Of a stretch of DNA of 64,000 nt, positions 56,932 to 64,000 are shown piece by piece; positions within the stretch are counted from its first letter, which is position 1, and every line of letters begins with the position of its first letter. A model generated the notes under the pieces. The model worked only from the letters and a program-made list of their open reading frames with translations. It had not been told where the DNA came from and ran no database searches. The position numbers and the translations under genes were made by a program. Source of the DNA: Candidatus Krumholzibacteriota bacterium (GTDB lineage: Bacteria; Krumholzibacteriota; Krumholzibacteriia; JAJRXK01); contig CAVXTH010000006.1 of the NCBI GenBank assembly GCA_963764625.1, positions 586,029 to 650,028 of the forward strand, given 5' to 3'.

Positions 56932-57977
56932 TGGAGACCTCGAATTTCGCTCCGGTGGACCGGGTGTTTCTCACCGGGGGCACGGGCTATTTGGGCAAGC
57001 ACTTGGTGCGCGAGTTTCTCGAAGCCGGCTACGAACTGCTGTTACTCACGCGCGAGAATTCCGATCGCAGCGGCCTGCCGCTAAAGGGTGTCCGCTACGT
57101 GGAAGGTGACTTGCTCGATCCTGCTAGCTACGCGCACGTGCTGGGCGAAGTGGGAGCGGTGGTGCATTCGGCCGGCCTGGTCAGCCGCTGGGAGAAGGAC
57201 AAAGACCGTTTCGATCGGGTGAATGTCGAAGGCCTCGACGGATTGCTACGCGCCTGTACCCAGGCCCAGGTGGCGCGCGTGGTGTACACCTCTTCGTTCT
57301 TCGTGCTGGGTCCGGGAGAGGACGCCGCGCCGCGCGACGAGACGCAGCGCATGCCGGTCGCTGGCTTCAACGATTACGACCGAACCAAGATTCTGGCGGA
57401 AAAATGCGTGGGCGCGCACCGACGCCAAGGACTCGACGTCATCAGTGTGCTGCCCACCGTGATCTACGGTCCCGGTGCGAGAACCCAGGGGAACCACGTG
57501 GCGGAGATTCTGGAAGATCTGCTTGCGGGAAAGCTCCCGGGCGTGATCGGAAGTGGTGCGCAGGTCTGGAACTACGTCTTCGTGCGCGACGCCGCGCGCG
57601 GACATCGGCTGGCTCTGGAGAAGGGGGAAGCCTGCGGCGACTATCTTCTGGGAGGAGAGAACGCGAGCATGCTGGAGTTTCTGGACCTCGCAGCCGAGAT
57701 CGGTGAAGTCTCTGCCCCCAAGAGAAAGGTCCCCTTCAGGGTTCTGATGGCGGTGGCGCGTCTGCAGATGTTGAGAGCTCGTCTCACCGGCAAGGCTCCC
57801 GAACTCACCAGTGGCATGGTGCGAAGTTATCAGTACGATTGGGCGTTCAATGACGCGAAGGCGCGCCGCGAGCTGGGCTACGAGGGTAGAGACCTCCACG
57901 ATGGTCTCAGTGAGACCATCGGATGGTTGCGCGCGGGCGGAGTCTCTCCGTTTCGCGAACGGTGGGAATTCCAGTGA
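56931..57977 (+). CDS. NAD-dependent epimerase/dehydratase family SDR
   Basis: N-terminal Rossmann motif VFLTGGTGYLGKHL; 348 aa. Confidence 0.75.
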   Translation: METSNFAPVDRVFLTGGTGYLGKHLVREFLEAGYELLLLTRENSDRSGLPLKGVRYVEGDLLDPASYAHVLGEVGAVVHSAGLVSRWEKDKDRFDRVNVEGLDGLLRACTQAQVARVVYTSSFFVLGPGEDAAPRDETQRMPVAGFNDYDRTKILAEKCVGAHRRQGLDVISVLPTVIYGPGARTQGNHVAEILEDLLAGKLPGVIGSGAQVWNYVFVRDAARGHRLALEKGEACGDYLLGGENASMLEFLDLAAEIGEVSAPKRKVPFRVLMAVARLQMLRARLTGKAPELTSGMVRSYQYDWAFNDAKARRELGYEGRDLHDGLSETIGWLRAGGVSPFRERWEFQ

Positions 57978-58720
57978 ATGCCCTCCCCGCCTTCAGCTAT
58001 GGCTTCGATTGGCACGCGCTCGCTCTCCCTCTGCTGGGGAACCTGCTGCTGGCGGTCGTGGCCTGGCGCCGATCGCTGGTCAGCCGCAGTGGCTTTTGGG
58101 GCGGAGCGCTGTTGGGAAGCTGGATCCTGATCCTGGGCGGCGGGGGAGCCTACCTGCTCCTGTGCGCATTCTTTGTCCTGGGGACCTCCGCGACTCGGCT
58201 GGGCTATCGGCGGAAGGCGGAGCGAGGACTGGCCCAGGAGGAGCAGGGACGCCGGGGGGCCCGTCACGTGCTCGCGAATTGCGGCGTCGGGTTGCTTCTG
58301 GTCACGCTCTATCCCCGTCATTTCTCGTTCGCCCTCGGCGCGGCGTATGTTGCCTCCTTCGCCACCGCGACCGCGGACACCCTGGGCAGCGAGGTCGGTC
58401 AGTTGTGGGGCCGGCGGACCTTCGACCTCTTGCGCTTCCGCCCAGTCCCGCGCGGCAGCGAGGGCGGAGTCTCGCTGGAGGGAACCCTCGCGGGGGCGCT
58501 GGGGGCCGTGATTCTGGCGCTGCTGGGCTCCTTTCTGCGATTCTATCCACTTTCGCTGTGCTGGATTCCCGCCCTGGCCGGGGTTCTCGGAAGCGCCCTG
58601 GAGAGCCTCCTGGGGAGTTCAGCGAGGCTGCGCGCGGGACTGGACAACGAGCTGCTGAACTTTCTGAACACGGTGTTTGGCGCCATTCTGGCCTGGACCG
58701 CGCTCCAGATGCTGTATTGA
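57974..58720 (+). CDS. DUF92 / COG1836 integral membrane protein (VTE6 phytyl-phosphate-kinase family)
   Basis: Multi-TM; conserved ATATADTLGSEVGQ segment typical of DUF92; GTG start overlapping the upstream stop. Confidence 0.55.
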   Translation: MNALPAFSYGFDWHALALPLLGNLLLAVVAWRRSLVSRSGFWGGALLGSWILILGGGGAYLLLCAFFVLGTSATRLGYRRKAERGLAQEEQGRRGARHVLANCGVGLLLVTLYPRHFSFALGAAYVASFATATADTLGSEVGQLWGRRTFDLLRFRPVPRGSEGGVSLEGTLAGALGAVILALLGSFLRFYPLSLCWIPALAGVLGSALESLLGSSARLRAGLDNELLNFLNTVFGAILAWTALQMLY

Positions 58721-59117
58721 GGCATCCCGGCCGGCGGTTTGCTTGAGTTTTCCCCAAGGGAATGCTAGACTTGAACTTCGATCAAAGAGGGATCCGCGGC
58801 CGGTCCTACGCCAGACCCGCGTCGACTTCCGATCTCTCACATAGGAACGCAACTTTGCTTCCGCACCAAAGGAGTGCCCGTAGAGCTTGGTTAACGCGGT
58901 TCCCTCGTCGTGGGGAACGTTGACATCCGGGGGGGACGTAGCTAGCTACCGAAGGCAGGAATCCGTGAGGAGAATCTGCGCGGTCTGGTAGAACCCTTGG
59001 TGAGAGCTCCAGGTGCACGGTCTCAACGATCGTAAACCCGCTGTCATCTCGCTGAACTTTTGCCTCTTCAAGGCGAACCCTCGTGCCATGGTTGGGGCGG
59101 GGGAGGAGTGTAGTGTC

Positions 59118-59933
59118 ATGTCCCTCGAGGTTTACTCCGCGAAACGCTCGCTTCTCAGGCTCTGGCCGGTACTCTTGCTATTCGGTTTGGGCGCCTGCGG
59201 TTCGAGTGCCTACACCGACGTCGATCTCCAGAAGGATCTCGACGTTCCCAGTGCGAGTCATCTGAGTCCGGAGGCTCAGACCTTCGCGGCCGCGCCGGAT
59301 ACCATGCAAGTGCCGCCGGTCTACCGCATCGGCAGCGGCGATGTGCTCGAAGTGGTCTTCTTCACCCATCCGGACCAGAACCGCTTCGTGACGGTACGGC
59401 CGGACGGGCGGATCACGCTGCCCTACGTGGGCGATTTGATGGCGCGGGGGAAGGAGCCCACGAAGCTTGCGAGCGAGATCCAGAACGACTACTCGAGAGT
59501 GCTGGTCGATCCCAAAGTCGATATCCTGGTGAACAAGATCGGCGGGAAGTACTACGTGCTGGGGGAAGTGAAGAACGCGAACGAGTTCAGTTACGAGCGG
59601 CCTCTCACTCTTCTACAGGCTATTGCCGGTGCTGGTGGGTACAGTAACGACGCACGGCTCTCCAATTTCGTTCTGATTCGGGTCGACGGGAAAGGCGGAC
59701 GTTTCGCTGCTGTCTTCAACATGCGCGAGTACATGAGCCAACGAAAAAAACGAGGGGACATCTACATCCAGCCGGATGACATCGTCTGGGTGCCCAAGGA
59801 CAACATCAGCCGCTGGGACAATGCAGCCCGAAAGTTGTTTGGCACCGTCGTGCACGCAGAGGATATGGTCTACAAGGGGCTGCAGATAGTCAAATTCGAC
59901 GAGGTCTACCCGGGCAGATATTACGCTCCTTGA
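59118..59933 (+). CDS. polysaccharide export outer-membrane lipoprotein (Wza/Poly_export family)
   Basis: Lipobox LFGLGACGSS; Poly_export motif YRIGSGDVLEVVFF; SLBB-like region; GGAGGAG RBS. Confidence 0.8.
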   Translation: MSLEVYSAKRSLLRLWPVLLLFGLGACGSSAYTDVDLQKDLDVPSASHLSPEAQTFAAAPDTMQVPPVYRIGSGDVLEVVFFTHPDQNRFVTVRPDGRITLPYVGDLMARGKEPTKLASEIQNDYSRVLVDPKVDILVNKIGGKYYVLGEVKNANEFSYERPLTLLQAIAGAGGYSNDARLSNFVLIRVDGKGGRFAAVFNMREYMSQRKKRGDIYIQPDDIVWVPKDNISRWDNAARKLFGTVVHAEDMVYKGLQIVKFDEVYPGRYYAP

Positions 59934-59963
59934 GATCGCAACGCCGATTGGGAGAAGGAAGCC

Positions 59964-61409
59964 ATGTCAGGACTCTACAGCCAAGGACCGGTACAGGGGG
60001 AGCGCGATACCACGATGCGCGACCTTCTGTCGGTCGTGTTCAAGCGCAAGTGGCTCATCATCATCTTTTTCCTGGGAACCTCGGTCCTGGTGGCCCTGAA
60101 GGTGGTCACCACTCCGGAGACCTGGTCGGCCGACGCCACCCTCATGTTACAGCGGCAGGGACGAACTAGTGTGATGGAGAACAGTTCCAGGGCCTTGCCT
60201 TGGGTGGAGGTGATGGAGTCGGAGGTCGAAATCGCCCGCAGTGTCCCGGTGCTGCAATTGGCGCGCGCCAAACTCAAGGAACCCACGAAGGACTTTCCCG
60301 AGGGTATCGATCTGAGCATGGGCGCTCTGGGCGCACAAATCAAATCGGGAGGCGTCGGAGAGTCAAACGTGGTGTACATCACAAGCATCGGCGATCAGCC
60401 CAAGAGAGCCATCCGCATAGCCAACAAGGTTGCTGAAGCCTATGTCGAATACCATAAGAAGATGTTCGCGCTTCCCGATGCGGCAAGCGCAGTCAAGGCG
60501 CAGACGGATTCGACTCTCAAGGCTCTATCGGACTTGCAGAATGAGCGGCAGCGAATCTTGAATGAGGCGGGGTTCACCGATCTCAAAGCCGAAGAGACGA
60601 ATCTCCACTCGTTGCGGCGCGAACAGCGCAGCAACCTCAGTCAGGCGGAACTGGAGATAAGTACTCTTCGTGAACAGGTAGCGGCCATACCAAAGGATGT
60701 TAATGGAATTGGCAGCGATCTTCCTTTCAATATACCGAGAGGATACGCGCAGCAGGAACTCATGATGAATGCGGTAGAAAGATACCGTAGGAGTCAACAT
60801 GATCTTGAGGAACTGAAATCTCAGTATACGGAAGAGCATCCCAAGGTCAAATCCGCGGAACTCGAACTCCAAGAGCGTCGCAAGGCTCTGGAGAGTTCTA
60901 TCCAGCAATTAGTTTCGCTCAAGACTGAGGAACTCAAGATCGCGGAGGCCAAGCGCGATGGAATTATGCACCAGATTCAGAAGATCGACGCGCAGCTGGC
61001 CAGGATGCCCGATTTTAATCGCAAGGTGAGCTTCCTCGATACCCAAATCGACAGCGCCGAGAAGCAGTACGCCAAGCTGAACTCGAAGTACGTGGACACC
61101 CAGCTGAGCCAGGTGAGCTACCAGGACTACGGCGTTTCGCTGCTCTCTCCGGCGGTGTCCGCCTACAAGAACACCCGCGGCGATCTGGTCCGCATGGCCC
61201 TGGCGCCCCTCCTGAGTCTGTTGGCCGGCATCGGTCTGGCCTTCTATCTGGAAAATCTGGATCACTCGATGAAGACGCGCGAGGACGTGGAGCATCATCT
61301 CGAGATTCCCGTCCTGGCCAGTTTCCCCGACGTGGACGAGGGGGAATCGGATCTCGAGCCCCGGACGAGGCGAACCCCCTTCTGGAAAGGCCGCCGGGGC
61401 GGCCGCTGA
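59964..61409 (+). CDS. polysaccharide chain-length determinant (Wzz/PCP periplasmic domain; lacks a kinase domain)
   Basis: Wzz N-terminus (LRDLLSVVFKRKWLIIIFFLGT); long coiled-coil periplasmic region; second TM near the C-terminus; 481 aa. Confidence 0.75.
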   Translation: MSGLYSQGPVQGERDTTMRDLLSVVFKRKWLIIIFFLGTSVLVALKVVTTPETWSADATLMLQRQGRTSVMENSSRALPWVEVMESEVEIARSVPVLQLARAKLKEPTKDFPEGIDLSMGALGAQIKSGGVGESNVVYITSIGDQPKRAIRIANKVAEAYVEYHKKMFALPDAASAVKAQTDSTLKALSDLQNERQRILNEAGFTDLKAEETNLHSLRREQRSNLSQAELEISTLREQVAAIPKDVNGIGSDLPFNIPRGYAQQELMMNAVERYRRSQHDLEELKSQYTEEHPKVKSAELELQERRKALESSIQQLVSLKTEELKIAEAKRDGIMHQIQKIDAQLARMPDFNRKVSFLDTQIDSAEKQYAKLNSKYVDTQLSQVSYQDYGVSLLSPAVSAYKNTRGDLVRMALAPLLSLLAGIGLAFYLENLDHSMKTREDVEHHLEIPVLASFPDVDEGESDLEPRTRRTPFWKGRRGGR

Positions 61410-61459
61410 ACCGAGCACGCGATTTGGCCGGGGAAGTACCGGCCCGGGAACGGTAGACG

Positions 61460-62980
61460 ATGTATCGGCACCATTTCGGCCTGCGGGAGAAGCCCTTTCA
61501 GATCGCTCCCAGTCCGAGGTTCCTTTTTCCCTCCGAGACGCACGACGAAAGTCGCGCGCGCATTCTCTATGGGATCGAGGACAACCGCGGGTTCGTCGTG
61601 GTCTACGGCAGGGTCGGCCTGGGAAAGACCACGGTGTTGCTCTCGGTGCTCGAGGAACTCGACGCCAAGACCCGAACTGCACTTCTCTATCAGCCCATTT
61701 CCAGCTTTCACGATCTGCTGCGCATGACTGCTCATGAGTTCGGTCTGGGCAGCGAGAACCGGGATGAGGTGAATCTCATCTGGGATCTGAACGAGTTTTT
61801 CATCCAGAGGCTGTCCGAGAGTGAGAAATGCGTGCTCATCGTCGACGAGGCGCAGAATCTCAGCCTCGAGATCCTGGAGAAGCTTCGGACGCTCAGCAAT
61901 CTGCAAACCGAGAGCGCCTCGCTCCTGCAAATCGTTCTGGTGGGTCAACCCGAGCTGTACGACAAGCTCTCCGATCCCCGGTTATTGCAGCTGCGGCAGC
62001 GGGTGGGCGTGTGGCACGAAATCGAGTCCCTCAATCGCGAGGAAACCACGGACTATATCTTGCATCGCCTGCAGCGGGCCGGTGCGCGCCGCCCCAAGGA
62101 AATCTTCTCGGTGAGAGTGTGCGAGCGCGTTCATGAGTTGACCGGAGGCGTCCCCAGAGTCATCAACCAGGTATGCGATACAGCGCTGATGATCGCTTAC
62201 GGCAAGGAATCGCCGCAAGTCGAGGTGGAGGATGTGGTGGAGGCGGCCCACGAGTTACACCTGGTGGAGGAAGAGCCCAAGCCTCGCGAGACGCAGCTAG
62301 CGAAGGAACGTCCCACTGAGGAACTCAAGAAGAGTCCGGTGTGGGCTCGACTCAGCTTCGCCGCGGTCATCTTGCTCGTCGTTCTGGGAGCGATTTGGAT
62401 ATTCTTCGGGGGAAATTTGCGGCTCGCGCTCCGGGGCGACCGCATGGCTACCGGGAGCGGCATCGTGGACGCGGTGGCCGCTTCACCCGCGACCGATTCC
62501 ACCGCCGCGGCGCAGAATCTCCCCGCGGTCCAGAAGGAGGAGATGCGGGTTCCGAAGGAGTCGGGCAAGGAGACTCCGGCCACGAGTCCCGGCGACGAAA
62601 TCTCTCCGGAGAGAATGGAGCGCATGAAGGCCCACCTGGAGAACGTTCGCAGTTTGCGCGCGGCCGGGAAACCCGTCTATACGGTGCATTTGAATTCGTT
62701 CAAAGAGGTGGCGCGCGCGCAGGAATTCGCTAGTGATATCGCGAGGGAACAAAACTGGGAGCAGCCGGTATTCATGGAGCGGAGCGGGCGTAATCCGGTC
62801 TGGTACCGGGTGTTCGCCGGAGAGTTCGGGCGGAGCCGCGATGCCCTGGCCTGGATCGAACAACTCAAAGTTGAACGAAGAGTGGTCTACGCCAATCTCC
62901 AGCAGCTGAGCCGTGATGTCGAGGTGCTCGTGCCGACCGAACCGGATTCGCGCGTGTCCCTGAATGGAGTGGACGGATGA
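61460..62980 (+). CDS. ExeA/GspA-like AAA ATPase with C-terminal TM and SPOR-like peptidoglycan-binding domain (PEP-CTERM-locus-type secretion ATPase)
   Basis: Walker A GRVGLGKTT; Walker B VLIVDEAQNL; TM at about aa 300; C-terminal SPOR-like fold (YTVHLNSFKEVARAQEF...WYRVFAGEF). Confidence 0.7.
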   Translation: MYRHHFGLREKPFQIAPSPRFLFPSETHDESRARILYGIEDNRGFVVVYGRVGLGKTTVLLSVLEELDAKTRTALLYQPISSFHDLLRMTAHEFGLGSENRDEVNLIWDLNEFFIQRLSESEKCVLIVDEAQNLSLEILEKLRTLSNLQTESASLLQIVLVGQPELYDKLSDPRLLQLRQRVGVWHEIESLNREETTDYILHRLQRAGARRPKEIFSVRVCERVHELTGGVPRVINQVCDTALMIAYGKESPQVEVEDVVEAAHELHLVEEEPKPRETQLAKERPTEELKKSPVWARLSFAAVILLVVLGAIWIFFGGNLRLALRGDRMATGSGIVDAVAASPATDSTAAAQNLPAVQKEEMRVPKESGKETPATSPGDEISPERMERMKAHLENVRSLRAAGKPVYTVHLNSFKEVARAQEFASDIAREQNWEQPVFMERSGRNPVWYRVFAGEFGRSRDALAWIEQLKVERRVVYANLQQLSRDVEVLVPTEPDSRVSLNGVDG

Positions 62981-63807
62981 GCAGCATTCGTGATGCCCTC
63001 AAGCGTGCCGAGCGGGAACGACTGCGGCGGCAGGAAGAGGCGAAAACATTGAGTGAAGCGCGTACCTCGCAGGAGGAGTCCGGGGCCTTGTCCACCGAGG
63101 CGGATGGCCAGCGCAGCGCTACCGACCCGCGCCGCGAGCTCAAGGTGGTCGACAGTCAGCGGATCTTCACGGTCGAAGTGCCGATGGGTTTCACGGAAGA
63201 ATTGGCGCTGTTCCGTCAGGGAGTGGAAGCGGCGGTCCCCAAGCCCAGGCGTTCGTTTATCCTCAGCGGCGCCACCGCCGGCGAAGGAGTCACCACGCTG
63301 ACCACCTTCCTGGGGACGAGTCTCGCGGTGCGCGACGGCAAGAAGACGGTAATCATCGACGCCAGTTTCAAGTCACCGCGATTCTCGCGCATCTTCGGCC
63401 TTCTCGGTCGTCCGGGCCTCTCCGACTACTGCAGCGGTTCAGCCGAGTTGGCGGAGGTCCTCGCCAAGACCGATTGCGATCAACTCTTCCTCATGGGAGT
63501 GGGAACCGAGCTCTATAACCCTTCCCTCATTCTCAGTTCCGATCGTGCTCGCAGCCTCGCTTCAGAGCTCACGCAACGCTTCGACTACGTGCTGTTCGAC
63601 ACCGGCGCCGTGCTGAACCACGCCGAGACCTCCATGCTCTCCTCCAGCGTCGACGGAGTGGTGTTGATCGTCCGCTCGGGCAAAACGAAACGCGAGGTTC
63701 TCCTCAAGGCGGAAAAACTCATTCGCTTCAGCGGTGGCCGGGTGATCGGCTCGGTCCTGAACCGTCGTCAGTATCCCATACCCGATTCGATCTACAAGCG
63801 ACTCTAG
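62977..63807 (+). CDS. BY-kinase (CpsD/Wzc C-terminal domain)-like protein with degenerate Walker A (GEGVTT instead of GEGKST)
   Basis: ParA/MinD-like fold (ILSGATAGEGVTTLT; Walker B YVLFDTGAV; GVVLIVRSGKT); only two Tyr in the C-terminal tail. Confidence 0.65.
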   Translation: MSSIRDALKRAERERLRRQEEAKTLSEARTSQEESGALSTEADGQRSATDPRRELKVVDSQRIFTVEVPMGFTEELALFRQGVEAAVPKPRRSFILSGATAGEGVTTLTTFLGTSLAVRDGKKTVIIDASFKSPRFSRIFGLLGRPGLSDYCSGSAELAEVLAKTDCDQLFLMGVGTELYNPSLILSSDRARSLASELTQRFDYVLFDTGAVLNHAETSMLSSSVDGVVLIVRSGKTKREVLLKAEKLIRFSGGRVIGSVLNRRQYPIPDSIYKRL

Positions 63808-63823
63808 GCCGGCGAAAGAAGCG

Positions 63824-64000
63824 ATGTCCCTCGCCCTCGACGCCCCACTGCTGCCATCCGGTTGTCACGCCCAAGAGCATCGCGTCAGAGAATTCCTCGA
63901 GCGCCTGGTCGAGCAAGCCCACAAGGCGCTAGGTACACGACTGCGGGCCGTGGTGTTGGGGGGAAGTCTGGCACGGGGAGAGGGAGTGGTCCTTTCCCGC
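63824..64000 (+). CDS. partial ORF running off the window end (possible nucleotidyltransferase-like N-terminus, GGSLARGEG)
   Basis: ATG at 63824; open to the window end; GSxARGE-like motif. Confidence 0.3.
   Translation, partial: MSLALDAPLLPSGCHAQEHRVREFLERLVEQAHKALGTRLRAVVLGGSLARGEGVVLSR

Noticed and set aside
58850-58870. Confident sigma54 promoter call upstream of the EPS locus
   Set aside because: GG-to-GC spacing appears one nt longer than consensus on my count, so it is kept only as a low-confidence note inside a finding
1-64000. CRISPR arrays, IS elements, integrases, rRNA/tRNA genes
   Set aside because: No direct-repeat/spacer periodicity, no transposase/integrase-like ORFs, no inverted terminal repeats, and no rRNA/tRNA-like conserved segments were seen in any intergenic region

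Overview
This 64-kb window is GC-rich (about 65%) and comes from a Gram-negative (diderm) bacterium; the gene content fits an uncultured Acidobacteriota/FCB-like lineage, but that assignment is only inferred. Nearly every gene lies on the + strand in tightly packed operons with overlapping start/stop codons. In order, the window contains: a multiply interrupted polA followed by coaE; prfB (with its canonical programmed +1 frameshift site) and lysS; lolC-lolD directly followed by mcsA-mcsB-clpC (a protein-arginine-kinase/ClpC module normally described in Firmicutes); the outer-membrane/lipid A block bamA-skp-lpxD-lpxC/fabZ(fusion)-lpxA-lpxB-DUF374-lpxK; a divergent lipoprotein; nadB; a MEMO1-like protein, a SAM methyltransferase and a contiguous bacillithiol operon bshC-bshB-bshA; mobA-moaC; a complete Tol-Pal system (tolQ-tolR-tolA-tolB-pal-cpoB); a cupin; lexA followed by an orphan ImuB-like Y-family polymerase homolog; an SGNH hydrolase; a DUF72 protein (minus strand); hsp20-lon; an LPS core cluster (four GT9 heptosyltransferases, msbA-like exporter, gmhB, a frameshifted GT2, DUF3108); an FAD oxidoreductase and an aldo/keto reductase; a cluster combining a GT-C (ArnT/PMT-like) glycosyltransferase, a polyprenyl-phosphate sugar-phosphate transferase, a UbiA-family prenyltransferase, acpS, a CTP-dependent polyprenol-kinase-like protein (VTE5/dolichol-kinase family), an SDR epimerase and a DUF92/COG1836 (VTE6-like) protein; and the start of an EPS locus (Wza-like exporter, chain-length determinant, ExeA-like AAA ATPase, BY-kinase-like protein with a degenerate Walker A) of the PEP-CTERM/exosortase-associated type. 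No rRNA, tRNA, CRISPR array or mobile element was found. Four genes (polA, DUF374, the GT2 and possibly the lpxK start) show frame interruptions that may be indel errors in the assembly rather than pseudogenes. Coordinates follow the supplied ORF track; I saw two apparent 1-nt disagreements between my reading of the printed sequence and that track, at about 50580 and about 54240, so fine-scale positions after about 50580 carry +/-1 nt uncertainty.
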